Origin: an uncultured Acidobacteriota bacterium
GTDB taxonomy: Bacteria; Acidobacteriota; UBA6911; RPQK01; JAPXNP01
Length of the DNA: 64,000 nucleotides
Reading direction: 5' to 3'
NCBI GenBank assembly: GCA_963777605.1
Contig: CAVZRV010000031.1
Span: 463,770 to 527,769, forward strand
In this document: positions 9,857 through 20,382 of the stretch, one piece after another
Position numbering within the stretch: the first letter of the stretch is position 1
Layout of the letters: the number at the start of each line of letters is the position of its first letter
The notes under the pieces: model-generated
Databases searched by the model: none
What the model saw: the letters and a program-made list of their open reading frames with translations, nothing else
What the model was told of the DNA's origin: nothing
Position numbers and translations under genes: made by a program

Positions 9857-11920
9857 CTATCTTGACGGGGACTCTGGGGCGGACTCGCTCTTGAGCTGAG
9901 CGAGCGCGGCACGCACCTGGGGAATCAACTGGGCATACTGGGCACCCTTGGCCCGCTCGAGAAAGGCTTCCAGATTGCGGATCGCAGCCGGCGTATCTCC
10001 GGCCATTTGAGCCAGGATTCCGAGGTTCATGTACGGCTCAATCAGCTGTGGATCAAGCTCGACGGCTCTCTGAAAGCTTTCCCGGGCCAATTCCGGGCGC
10101 TGCCGCTGAATCGCGATCAGGCCACGCAGATTGTAGGCCGCGGCATGATCAGGGTTTTGAGTCAGGATTGCCTGCACTCCCAACTCGGCATCGTCAAGCT
10201 TGCCAGACTGAATATAGGCATTGACAAGGTTGCTGAGGTTGTCGAGGTTTCTGGGGTTGATGTCGGCAGACCTCTTTAGAGATTCAATGCCTGCTTCGAG
10301 GTGGCCGAGGCGAATCTGAACCTCTCCCATCTCCGAATAAGTCCGGTCGGTCTCGGCCCCATTCTTGACTGCCTGCTCATAAAGAGCGAGGGCTTGCTTG
10401 AAATTCCTGGTTTCCTGGAGGCAAACTCCAAGATTCTGGTAAACCAGCGGGTTCTGAGGATCCTGTGCGGTCAGCTTCTGCAAAACCGGGACCGCCTTGG
10501 AGTAATCACCAGCGTTCATCAGGTGGGTTGCGTGATCGAGTCCCTTCAGGACTGCTACGCGGTCCTTGGGATCGGGCCCCTCGAGATCGGCTACCAGTTT
10601 CCGGGCACTGCTCGAACTGACGTAGCCGAGCGACTGCAACTCGCGCATGGTCGCCTCGTCGAGGGAACGATAGGGGATCTCACGATCCTGCCCCGGTTCA
10701 CCGCTCACCCTCCAGACTTCCTTCTGCAGCCGCTCCGCCTCATCGGCGTGCTGCCCGATGACATTGGTCGTTTCGCTGCTGTCGGTATCGAGATCGTAGA
10801 GTTCCGGCTTGGGAGCGAGGATGTACTTCCGATCCACAGTCCTCACGCCGTACAACTCGGACCACCGCATCTGGGTTTGCGGGTAAAACGTCTCCATGTA
10901 CGAGTAATTGATGCGCACCGGCTGACCATCGCGCAGCAAGGGCATCAGGCTTTCGCCGTCAAGACCGGCCGGAGCCTGGACCCCCGCAAAATCGAGAGCG
11001 GTCGGCATCACATCGATGGAGCGGGCCAGCTGATCCGCCACCACATTCCGTCGGACGCCGGGCCCGGCGATCAGGAGCGGCACCCGAACCGTGGAATCGT
11101 ACAGAAAGACCCCGTGCGTCTGCTCCCCGTGGTCCCCCAGGCTTTCACCATGATCGGCCAACGCCACGACAAGAGTCGAATCGGTCAGTCGCTCGGACTC
11201 GAGGGCTTCCAGAAGCGCCCCCACCTGGGCGTCAACGAAGGCGACTTCCCCGGCGTAGAGATCCTTTTCATAGCGAGTCCTGAACTCATGGGGCGGATCG
11301 TACGGGAAATGCGGATCGTAGTAGTGCACCCAGAGGAAGAACCCTTTGCTGCGGTCCCTTCCCCGAAGCCACTCTACAGCCCGTTCCGTGACGGTGTCAC
11401 CCCGGACCTCGGCCACGACACCGGGAAGCTTCTCGACGTCGGGATCGCTGGTCATCTTGTCGTCATAGGTCTCAAACCCGCGATTGAGACCATAGCGGTG
11501 ATGGAGGACCGAGGCAGCGACGAATGCCGCCGTCTGGAAACCATGCCGGCCCATGACTCCGGCCAGCGTCGGGATTTTCTCATCGAGGATAAATCCGCCC
11601 ACGTCACGGATCTGGTGCTTCGGCGGGTACACTCCCGTCAGAATGGACGCATGGGACGGAGTCGTAAGCGGCACCTGGACAACAGCATGTTCGAACCGGA
11701 CTCCCTCCGCCGCCAGCCCGTCCAGGTTCGGCGTTTCGATGTCCTTCTTGCCGTAGCAGCCGAGATAGTCGGCCCGCAGCGTATCCAGGGTGATCAGGAG
11801 AACGTTTTTGCCCGCCGTTGAAACGGTTTGCTCAGCCGGCGCAGGCGATTCCTTCGACGAACAGGCCGCCAGCAACAGAAGGGCAGCAGCAATGGGGAGA
11901 AGGGATCGTCGCGACACCAC
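9857..11920 (-). CDS. Sulfatase-like lipoprotein with C-terminal TPR domain
   Basis: LAA|C lipobox; LITLDTLRAD, PSHASILTG, DPHFPY, ADHGE motifs; TPR repeats; start inferred. Confidence 0.85.
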   Translation of the reverse strand: MVSRRSLLPIAAALLLLAACSSKESPAPAEQTVSTAGKNVLLITLDTLRADYLGCYGKKDIETPNLDGLAAEGVRFEHAVVQVPLTTPSHASILTGVYPPKHQIRDVGGFILDEKIPTLAGVMGRHGFQTAAFVAASVLHHRYGLNRGFETYDDKMTSDPDVEKLPGVVAEVRGDTVTERAVEWLRGRDRSKGFFLWVHYYDPHFPYDPPHEFRTRYEKDLYAGEVAFVDAQVGALLEALESERLTDSTLVVALADHGESLGDHGEQTHGVFLYDSTVRVPLLIAGPGVRRNVVADQLARSIDVMPTALDFAGVQAPAGLDGESLMPLLRDGQPVRINYSYMETFYPQTQMRWSELYGVRTVDRKYILAPKPELYDLDTDSSETTNVIGQHADEAERLQKEVWRVSGEPGQDREIPYRSLDEATMRELQSLGYVSSSSARKLVADLEGPDPKDRVAVLKGLDHATHLMNAGDYSKAVPVLQKLTAQDPQNPLVYQNLGVCLQETRNFKQALALYEQAVKNGAETDRTYSEMGEVQIRLGHLEAGIESLKRSADINPRNLDNLSNLVNAYIQSGKLDDAELGVQAILTQNPDHAAAYNLRGLIAIQRQRPELARESFQRAVELDPQLIEPYMNLGILAQMAGDTPAAIRNLEAFLERAKGAQYAQLIPQVRAALAQLKSESAPESPSR

Positions 11921-11943
11921 GGCTAGCTTAGCACAAGATCCCC

Positions 11944-12471
11944 TCAGACCCACCAGTCGTCGAAGCCGATCATTTTCCAGGCGAGTTTGTCCCGGTTTCC
12001 ACCCCACCTGGGATGACTGTAAAAGCCCTGCATGGTGTGGGACCGGACCATCGAGAAGAAATCGCCCGCCGGAGGGGACGGCCAGAGGTCAGCGGGAAGG
12101 TCTCCCCGTTCCATGCGCTGGAGCAGCTGCAGTTGCTGGTCGAAGTTCAACTTCACGAACGAAGCCTGGAATAGTCTTTCGCTGCTCAAATCGGTCGCGG
12201 TCAGTCCCGCCTGGTAAACCGCGACCCATTCCGGGTGGGCTTCCCGCAGTACCCTCCCAATGAACGTTGCCACACCGAGTTCCCGGGCGCCGGGGAAATC
12301 GTCCGCAGGAACGATCTGTTCACAGACGTCTCCCAAAAGGGTCAACTGGTCCTCTGGGAGCCCCTTCACGGTCCCCTGCAAGGGGGGGACACCACCGGCC
12401 AACAGAAACCGGGGCGGCGCCGTCGCCATTGCCGCCAAAGAAAAAAGGAATTTCCGTCGATCTGCTCTCAT
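11944..12471 (-). CDS. Gluconate 2-dehydrogenase subunit 3-family protein
   Basis: DRRKFL Tat motif; PGARELGV; FF...HTMQGFYSHPRWGGN; adjacent to GMC gene. Confidence 0.85.
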   Translation of the reverse strand: MRADRRKFLFSLAAMATAPPRFLLAGGVPPLQGTVKGLPEDQLTLLGDVCEQIVPADDFPGARELGVATFIGRVLREAHPEWVAVYQAGLTATDLSSERLFQASFVKLNFDQQLQLLQRMERGDLPADLWPSPPAGDFFSMVRSHTMQGFYSHPRWGGNRDKLAWKMIGFDDWWV

Positions 12472-12496
12472 CCCGCGATCACCTCCCGCTGCGACG

Positions 12497-14167
12497 TCAG
12501 ACCTCGCGTGAGCCATCCCGCCAGGCCCCTTCATTCCACTGCTTGACCAGGTACTCGGCAGAGCGAAAGGCCAGCGCCTGGATGGTAAGGGCCGGGTTTC
12601 GGCCACCGGATGTCACGAACACGCTTCCATCCACGACGAAGAGGTTGTCCACTTCGTGGGACTGCCCGTAACCGTTCACAACCGAAGTCTTCGAATCGGA
12701 ACCCATCCGGCAGGAGCCGAGCTGGTAGCCGATCCCGCCCTTTCCGACGTTGCTCGAAGTGATGTCGCGGGCGCCCGCCTCCTTGAGGAGTTCTACCATC
12801 TTGTCCCGGAAAAACTCCCAAACTCGAAAATCGTTGGGATGGAAGCTGTGAGTCATCCTTGCCACCGGAATTCCCCATCGGTCACGCAGGTCGGGCGACA
12901 CTTCCACCCGGTTCTCAAACCGGGGCATATCTTCCGCCGGTGCAAACAGGCGGATGTACCGATGAAAGTTCTTGCGCTGGTACTCCTTGTGTTCATTGCC
13001 CCACCGAGCTGCACCGCGGGGCCGACGCGAGGTAAAAGCGATCGGCATCACCTCGGTTCGGGAGTAAATCACCGCTCCGCCCACGAAACCGGGGTTCCTG
13101 GCATGAAAATCGTCGACGGCTATACCTGGGCCGGGACCCGTACCCGAGTTGGTTTCCTCCTCCATTACTCCCCAGGCCCAGGGGCTGATGTGTCCCATCA
13201 CGGCTCGTCCAACCCAGTCGTTACCGTTGGCCAGTCCTCTCGGAAACCATCGCGACTTGGAATTGAGCAGGAGTCGCGGTGTCTCGATTCCGGAACAGGC
13301 TACGATCACGACACGGGCTCGCTGTACTACCCGCTCGCCGGCGGAGTCAAAGTAGGCCAACCCGTTCGGCTTTCCCTTGTCATCCAGGGTCACCTCGCTG
13401 ACGATGGAATCCGGGACAATCCGGCAGTTTCCAGTGGCCAGCGCAGCCGGGAAGAGCGCCGTCACGGGAGTCGATTTCGCTCCGACCTCGCACAGATAGG
13501 TGTTGCAGCAGGGATGACCGATGCATCCTGAGCGGCCGCGGTAGTTCTCGGTCGCAATCCCGAGCGGGACGATAAACGGGTGATAGCCTTTGCGAAGCGC
13601 GGCGGCCCGGACCATCTCGTCTCCAGGGTGAAGATCGATGGGAGGAAGGGGAAACGGTTTGCTGCGGTACCCCTCGTAGGGGTTCACGCCCCCTTCCCCC
13701 GACACTCCCATTTCCTCTTCGGCACGGGTGTAGTAAGGCTCGAGATCGTCGTAGGAGAGGGGCCAGTCTTCGAGTACTGCGCCCTCTACCGGTCCATACT
13801 CACTCCGCATTCGGAAATCGATCGGCGGACGACGCCACATCAGAGCCCCGTAAAGTAGCTGCCCTCCGCCGACGGCGGCAGCGCTCGACGAAAACTCCCA
13901 ATCGGCGGTTGTCACCCTCCGGAAAGCCTCTTCGGCCGTGTAGCGAAACTGTCGCGGGCCAAATTTCTCCTCTCCGCAGATCGGGTTCCTGACCATTCCG
14001 GGAGTTTGGGCCGTCAGTTCATCGTGGAGGGCGTGATCTTCCGGGTTGATGTTCGGTCCCCGCTCGAGAACCACCACCTGCAACCCCGCCTCCGCCAGTT
14101 CCCTGGCGAGCACACCCCCAGAGGCCCCGGCCCCTGCGATTACCGCATCGACGACATGTTCCGGCAT
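12497..14167 (-). CDS. GMC-family FAD oxidoreductase
   Basis: GAGASG FAD motif, LERG, TPRLLLNS, C-terminal CRMG...NLFVVDGS...NPALT; start at MPEHVV inferred. Confidence 0.9.
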   Translation of the reverse strand: MPEHVVDAVIAGAGASGGVLARELAEAGLQVVVLERGPNINPEDHALHDELTAQTPGMVRNPICGEEKFGPRQFRYTAEEAFRRVTTADWEFSSSAAAVGGGQLLYGALMWRRPPIDFRMRSEYGPVEGAVLEDWPLSYDDLEPYYTRAEEEMGVSGEGGVNPYEGYRSKPFPLPPIDLHPGDEMVRAAALRKGYHPFIVPLGIATENYRGRSGCIGHPCCNTYLCEVGAKSTPVTALFPAALATGNCRIVPDSIVSEVTLDDKGKPNGLAYFDSAGERVVQRARVVIVACSGIETPRLLLNSKSRWFPRGLANGNDWVGRAVMGHISPWAWGVMEEETNSGTGPGPGIAVDDFHARNPGFVGGAVIYSRTEVMPIAFTSRRPRGAARWGNEHKEYQRKNFHRYIRLFAPAEDMPRFENRVEVSPDLRDRWGIPVARMTHSFHPNDFRVWEFFRDKMVELLKEAGARDITSSNVGKGGIGYQLGSCRMGSDSKTSVVNGYGQSHEVDNLFVVDGSVFVTSGGRNPALTIQALAFRSAEYLVKQWNEGAWRDGSREV

Positions 14168-14344
14168 CCTGGCAAACCTTTCGCTAGTGAGTCCAGTTGG
14201 AACTGGAGCATGAAGGTTCCTGTGCATGCGACAGATTTCCGATCGAGGAAATCATCGTCCTGCGCCGCGTGCTTCCCTGTCCCCGACTCCTAAACCAAAA
14301 ATCAAAACCCGTCAACCGAGAAAAGCGCAAATCAAAAATCTCTG

Positions 14345-16078
14345 TCAGGGAGTCACGATTCCAGAGCCCTCTTTGATAGTGACGGACTGGTCTGCCGGGA
14401 TGTCGAGCAACTGCTCCGCCGATTCCGTCGATGGCCAGAGGATCTCGACTTTGTCAACTTTCGCCGCTTTGCCAAGTCCGAAGTGGAGCCGAAGGTCACT
14501 CTGGGACATCACGCTCCCTCCGCTCTCGAACCTCCTGGGTCTGGACAATGTCACCGGAGGTCACCCGGACCCGGGCCCCGATCGCCGCCCGGTTGCTGCG
14601 AGTCCCCACCAGCTTCAACTCGATCCAGTGATTGCCCGTCTGAGAATCACACCGCAGCAACGAAGGCCGGTCGTTCATGTTGAGGACGAGAACGTCGACG
14701 TCGCCGTCGTTGTCGTAGTCCCCGAATGCACAACCACGGCTGGCAAACCTCTCCGTGGCGCCGTCGCCCATTCGGGCCGAAATGTCCTCGAACCGACCGT
14801 CACCCAGATTCCGGTAGATCAACCGCGGAGTCTTCATCGGAACGTCGAGGCCGAAGTCCCTGGCATTGGGATAGACGTGGCCGGTGACATAGAAGATGTC
14901 AACCCACCCGTCGTTGTCGATGTCCACGAAACCGGCACCCCAGTTGACGTACTGGGTGTTCAGCCCGAGACCCGCCATCACCGCGACGTCACGGAAAGTG
15001 CCGTCTCCGTTGTTCTGATAGAGGTTGCAGGTGTCGTACTGGAAATTGGTCTTGAAGATATCGAGGGCGCCGTCGTGGTTGAAGTCCCCAACCCCGACGC
15101 CCATTCCGGCCTGCTCCAAACCGTTCTCGCTGAAGGCGCAGCCGGCCACCATGCCGACCTCTTCGAAGGTGCCGTCACCCAGGTTCCGGAACAACAGGCT
15201 GGCCCGGGAATCAACGGCGACGTAGATGTCAGGCCACCGGTCGTTGTCAAAATCGGCCGAGACTGCGGTGATCGAATAGGCCGGCCCTGCCGCGAGAATC
15301 CCGGACGACTCGGATACGTTCTTGAAGGTTCCGTCTCCCTGGTTCCGGTAGAGAATGTTCGAGCCGGCGGGCAATCCACGAGGTCCGCACATGACCGGGA
15401 CGCCCTTCCAGACACAGTCCGGGCTCTCCCCCGGCTTGGGAACGGTATCGAGGTCGAGTTCAATGTAATTGGCGACAAAAAGATCGAGGTTCCCGTCCCG
15501 ATCGTAATCGAGCCACGTGCAACCAGAGGCCCAGCGGTCACGTTCGCCGCGCACGCCGGCCTGGATCGACACATCCTCGAAAGTGCCGTCTCCACGATTC
15601 CGGTAGAGCCCGTTTCGTCCCCAGTCGGCGGTGAACAAGTCATCCCGGCCGTCGTTGTCGAAATCACCGACGCACACACCCGTCTGCCACCCGGTCCTGA
15701 CCAGTCCGGCCTGACGCGTCACTTCTTCGAAGCTGCCCTCGTGGTTGTTCCGGTAGAGGTGAGACGTCGGCCGGTTTTCGTCGGTGTACTCCTCGTTCAG
15801 GCGAACGCCGTTCGTGAGGTAGATGTCGAGCCAACCATCGTGGTCGTAGTCCAGAAAGCCGAGACCGCTTCCCTTGGCCTCGATGATATAGGTCTTCTCT
15901 TCCACCCCCCCCAGACATTGGGAGCCGTCACCCCCGCCTGCTCTGCGACATCGGTGAACTGAACCGGAAATGGATCAACTGAACCTTCGCCGCCGGCAAA
16001 AAGCCGACTGCTCGCCCCCGTCCAGAGCGCCAAAACCGCGAGAATGAGGCCAAACTGTTTGAAAAGACCTTTGCACAT
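14345..16078 (-). CDS. CRTAC1-family protein with two frameshifts (~15905, ~14520)
   Basis: ORFs 15797-16120, 14496-15905 and 14345-14554 join into signal peptide + FG-GAP repeats + ASPIC/UnbV; first break lies in a C homopolymer. Confidence 0.8.
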
Positions 16079-16268
16079 CGGTAAAAACTCTCCACAGTCT
16101 AGCAGAAGAGAATTCCACAATTCTGCTAAACTGGCTCGAGTTGGTTTCAGTTTTGGTAACTAGTGTCCTGAGTGAGAAATTGGCAAAAGGCACGTGCGAG
16201 TTTCTGACTCAGAAAACTAGCAGCTTGGCCGGCGCGTTTGGCCTTTCGAGTGGGAAGCGAAGCCCCGA

Positions 16269-18386
16269 GTGATGAAACGACGGCTGGTTCGGAGCAGCGG
16301 TCGGTGCCTGTTGCTGATCCTGTTCGCATTTTCCGTGGCGAGTCTGGTTCCCCGGCCCGTGGAAGCCTACATCGGTCCAGGGGCCGGAATTGCCTTTGTT
16401 TCATCTTTTCTGGTCATTCTGGTTTCCTTTGCGCTGGCTATCGTCGCGATGCTTACCTGGCCGTTCCGGTGGCTCTACCAGACGGTCCGCTTCCGCAAAG
16501 CTCTGGGTCGAAGTCACGTTCGGCGCTGCATCGTCCTCGGGCTCGACGGACAAGACCCGGAACTGACCGACCGCTACATGGCCGAGGGGTTACTGCCCAA
16601 CTTCGAGCGCCTGCAAAAGGCCGGCTGCTACAGGAGGCTTCGAACCACTCTTCCCGCCGAATCCCCGGTTGCCTGGTCCTCTTTTCAGACCGGGTGCAAT
16701 CCGGGGCGGCATCGAGTTTTCGACTTCCTGGTACCGAACAGGAAGTCTTACCTTCCAGAACTTTGTTCGGCCAGGGTCGATCCGCCTCCGCGCCACTTCG
16801 AGATCGGCCGGTTTCGAATCCCAATCGGGAAGCCTCGAATCCGATTTGAACGCAAGAGCCAATCGTTCTGGAAAATCCTGGGTGATCACGGAATTTTCAG
16901 TACCATCCTTCGGGTCCCGGTCTCCTTTCCTCCCGAGCGATTCAAGGGACTCTTGTTGTCCGCCATGTCGGTTCCCGACCTGAGAGGCACCCAGGGCACA
17001 TTCACCTACTTCAGCAGCGACCCCGAGGAGTGCCGCCGGGTCACGGGCGGCATGGTGGTTCCATTTCAACTCTCGAACGGATCCGCAACGGCTGTCCTGA
17101 CCGGTCCGCCCAATCCCGTCCTGAAGTCCGAGGAAGCCCTGAGTCTACCGCTCGCCGTTAAACTCCCCTTGAACGGCCGACCGGCCTCGCTCGAAATCGA
17201 GGGGAAACGCTATGACCTGCCCCTGGGTGACTACACTCCGTGGATCGATCTCGACTTCAAAACCGGCCTCGGAGCCCGCGTCCGAGGAATTTCGCGGTTC
17301 CTGCTCAAGGAGGTGGAGCCCCACGTACGCCTCTACATGACCCCGATCAATATTTCGCCGAGCAAGCCCGTGCTCCCCGTTTCCCACCCCTGGAGCTACG
17401 CCCTCTACCTGGCCAAGACCCAGGGTGAATTCGCCACCCTCGGTCTCGCCGAGGATACCTGGGCCCTCAACGAGAGGGTTCTCGACGAAGGGGACTTCCT
17501 GCGCCAGGCTTACCTGATCCATGAAGAACGGGAGAAGATGTACTTCGACGCCATCTCCAAGACTGGCCAGGGCCTGGTCGTCTGCGTTTTCGATCTCACC
17601 GACCGGTTGCAGCACATGTTCTTCCGTTACCTCGACCGGAATCATCCGTCGAACCGGGGGAAGGACCAGGAAAAACACCGAGATGCCATCCGGGACCTTT
17701 ATGTGCGGATGGACGAACTGGTCGGCCGTACCCTGGACAAGGTCGACGACGACACGGCGCTGATCGTGATGTCGGATCACGGCTTCAAACCATTTCGACG
17801 GGGCGTCAATTTGAACAGCTGGCTCTACCAGGAGGGGTACCTGGCCCTCAAGGGCGCACCCAGTGGTGCAGACTGGTTCGAAGGCGTTGACTGGGAGCAC
17901 ACTCGAGCCTACGCCGTGGGTCTGGGTGGCATCTACTGCAACCTGAAGGGGCGGGAAGCGAAAGGCATCGTGGAGCCGGCAACCGAATATGAGGCCCTCA
18001 AACAGGAGATTCGGAAAGGACTCGAGACGCTGGTCGACCCCCAGGACGGATCGCGCGCGGTGACGCGAGTCTATGACACCGCAGAAGAATACCGGGGACC
18101 CTACGCGGCGGAAGGCCCCGACTTGATCGCTGGATTCAAGCCCGGCTACCGGGCGTCCTGGTCAAACGCGACCGGAGGAGTGACGGCCTCGGTTTTCGAA
18201 GACAACCTCAAGAGTTGGAGCGGCGACCACTGCATGAACCCGGCCGAAGTGCCGGGGATCTTCTTCTCGAATCGGAACGTGAAGGGTGAAGAGGTGGACA
18301 TCACGGACATCGGTCCTTCGATCCTTGATCTCTTCGGAGTTCCCGTTCCGGCCTACTGCGATGGGAGACCTCAGTTTCAGCCATGA
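16269..18386 (+). CDS. Alkaline phosphatase superfamily (nucleotide pyrophosphatase/phosphodiesterase-like) protein with N-terminal YIGPGAG + TM anchor
   Basis: LGLDG, ESPVAW, DRLQH, SDHG, GDH metal/nucleophile motifs. Confidence 0.85.
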   Translation: MMKRRLVRSSGRCLLLILFAFSVASLVPRPVEAYIGPGAGIAFVSSFLVILVSFALAIVAMLTWPFRWLYQTVRFRKALGRSHVRRCIVLGLDGQDPELTDRYMAEGLLPNFERLQKAGCYRRLRTTLPAESPVAWSSFQTGCNPGRHRVFDFLVPNRKSYLPELCSARVDPPPRHFEIGRFRIPIGKPRIRFERKSQSFWKILGDHGIFSTILRVPVSFPPERFKGLLLSAMSVPDLRGTQGTFTYFSSDPEECRRVTGGMVVPFQLSNGSATAVLTGPPNPVLKSEEALSLPLAVKLPLNGRPASLEIEGKRYDLPLGDYTPWIDLDFKTGLGARVRGISRFLLKEVEPHVRLYMTPINISPSKPVLPVSHPWSYALYLAKTQGEFATLGLAEDTWALNERVLDEGDFLRQAYLIHEEREKMYFDAISKTGQGLVVCVFDLTDRLQHMFFRYLDRNHPSNRGKDQEKHRDAIRDLYVRMDELVGRTLDKVDDDTALIVMSDHGFKPFRRGVNLNSWLYQEGYLALKGAPSGADWFEGVDWEHTRAYAVGLGGIYCNLKGREAKGIVEPATEYEALKQEIRKGLETLVDPQDGSRAVTRVYDTAEEYRGPYAAEGPDLIAGFKPGYRASWSNATGGVTASVFEDNLKSWSGDHCMNPAEVPGIFFSNRNVKGEEVDITDIGPSILDLFGVPVPAYCDGRPQFQP

Positions 18387-20362
18387 GCATCCGGCGGACC
18401 CTCACAATTCTCTGCACGATTGCCCTGTTGCCTGCAGCAGCCTGTTCGAGCGATCAGGCGGGCGGACATCGGGTCATGGTTCTGGGCATTGACGGCATGG
18501 ACCCCCGCCTCCTGAAGTCCTACCTGGACGAAGGAGTCATGCCCAATTTTCAGAGGGTAATCGAACGCGGGGCCTTCAAACCGCTCCAGACAACCATGCC
18601 GCCCCAAAGCCCGGTAGCCTGGTCGACATTTATCACCGGCACGCCACCCGCAAAGCACGGAATCTTCGACTTTCTTCACCGCGACCCCAAGACGATGGTG
18701 CCCGAGTTTTCCATGGCCAAGACGGAGGGCTCGGACTGGAACCTCGACCTCGGTTCCTGGATTATTCCGCTCAGAGGCGCCAAGATCGAACAACTGCGCA
18801 AGGGGCGTGCGTTCTGGGAAATCCTGGATGACCACGGAATTCCCAGTACGATCTTCCGCATGCCGGTGAACTTTCCGCCTGCGGCCGCCGGAAAGTCTCT
18901 TTCCGGAATGGGCACGCCGGACATTCTGGGCACGGCCGGGACTTTCTACTTTTTTACGGATGAGTGGTTTCCCGAGGACAATTCCCTTTCCGGAGGACGG
19001 ATCTTCCCCGTCAACGTGACCGACTACGCGGTAGACGCCCAACTGGTCGGCCCCCCCAATCCATACCGTCGAGAGGCGGATGCTGAATCGCCCGATAGAG
19101 AGATCAATCCCGAGATGCTGGTCGATTTTCATGTTGACCTCGACCCGGAGAATGCGCTCGCCAAGATCTCGCTTCAGGACCAGGAGTTCATCCTGAAGCA
19201 GGGCGAGTGGAGCGACTGGGTGACCATCCATTTCGAGGCGGTTCCCCACCTGGTCGAGGTCGACGCGATCGCCCGCTTCTACCTGCAGGAAGCCGCGCCG
19301 GATTTTCGCCTTTACGTAACGCCGATGCAGATTGACCCGGCAAACCCGGCCATGCCCATCACCTACCCGGATGATTGGTCCCAGGAGCTCTACCAGGCCC
19401 TCGGCCGCTTCTACACCCAGGAACTCCCGGAAGACACCAAGGCATTCTCGGCCGGAATCTTCAACGGCCACGAGTTCTGGGATCAATCACAGTTTGTTTA
19501 TCGCGAACAACGCAAGGCCCTCGACTACGCCCTGGACCACTTCCATGACGGACTGCTCTTCTTCTACATTTCGAGCATCGACCAGGGCTCCCACATGCTC
19601 TGGCGCTACAACGATCCGAAACACCCGGCATACGTCTACGACCCGATCCTGTCCCAGGCCCTGCGCACGCTCTACCGGGAAATGGACGAAGCCCTCGGCC
19701 GGGTTCTCCAGGCGATCGACGACGACACGACCCTCATCGTGATGTCCGACCACGGATTCTGCGCGTTCTACTGGGAAGTCAATCTCAACACCTGGCTCGC
19801 AGAGAAAGGTTACGTGAGCCTGGTTCCCAACGGGCAACGGCATGGGGGACCCATGTTTTCCGACGTGGACTGGACCAGGACCAGGGCTTACGCCCTCGGC
19901 CTGAACGGCGTCTACGTCAACTTGAAGGGACGGGAGGAGCACGGGATCGTATCTCCCGGAGCCGAGTTCAACAGCGTCCTGGAACAACTGGAATCCGACC
20001 TGCTCGACTTGAAGGACCCTCGCAACGGTCGCAATGCCGTGAGCTACGTTTTGAGGGCGGGCAGGGATTACCCGATCGACCCCGATGGAAAAGCCCCGGA
20101 CATGGTCGTGGGCTATGCGCGGGGGTACCGGAGTTCCTGGCAGAGTCCACTGGGGGAGTTTCCCGACCAGGTCTTCCTCGACAACCTGGATCCCTGGAGC
20201 GGGGATCACAGCGTGGATTCCCGGGAAGTCCCTGGAATCCTGGTCACCAACCGGCAGATCTCCCTCGACGAGCCGGCTCTGTACGACCTGACAGTGACGA
20301 TCCTCAACGAGTTCGGCATCTCCAAACCACCCGAGATGGTCGGAAAGGATTGTCTTCAGTAG
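18383..20362 (+). CDS. Alkaline phosphatase superfamily lipoprotein, paralog of upstream gene
   Basis: AAA|C lipobox; LGIDG, QSPVAW, SDHG, GDH; ATGA overlap with upstream stop. Confidence 0.85.
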   Translation: MSIRRTLTILCTIALLPAAACSSDQAGGHRVMVLGIDGMDPRLLKSYLDEGVMPNFQRVIERGAFKPLQTTMPPQSPVAWSTFITGTPPAKHGIFDFLHRDPKTMVPEFSMAKTEGSDWNLDLGSWIIPLRGAKIEQLRKGRAFWEILDDHGIPSTIFRMPVNFPPAAAGKSLSGMGTPDILGTAGTFYFFTDEWFPEDNSLSGGRIFPVNVTDYAVDAQLVGPPNPYRREADAESPDREINPEMLVDFHVDLDPENALAKISLQDQEFILKQGEWSDWVTIHFEAVPHLVEVDAIARFYLQEAAPDFRLYVTPMQIDPANPAMPITYPDDWSQELYQALGRFYTQELPEDTKAFSAGIFNGHEFWDQSQFVYREQRKALDYALDHFHDGLLFFYISSIDQGSHMLWRYNDPKHPAYVYDPILSQALRTLYREMDEALGRVLQAIDDDTTLIVMSDHGFCAFYWEVNLNTWLAEKGYVSLVPNGQRHGGPMFSDVDWTRTRAYALGLNGVYVNLKGREEHGIVSPGAEFNSVLEQLESDLLDLKDPRNGRNAVSYVLRAGRDYPIDPDGKAPDMVVGYARGYRSSWQSPLGEFPDQVFLDNLDPWSGDHSVDSREVPGILVTNRQISLDEPALYDLTVTILNEFGISKPPEMVGKDCLQ

Positions 20363-20382
20363 CAGGAGGGATCGAAGCGACG

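Noticed and set aside
14226-15962. Long antisense ORFs (578 aa here; also 6477-7988, 10301-11821, 53345-54616 and others)
   Set aside because: Shadow frames opposite well-supported genes in GC-rich DNA, with no recognisable motifs
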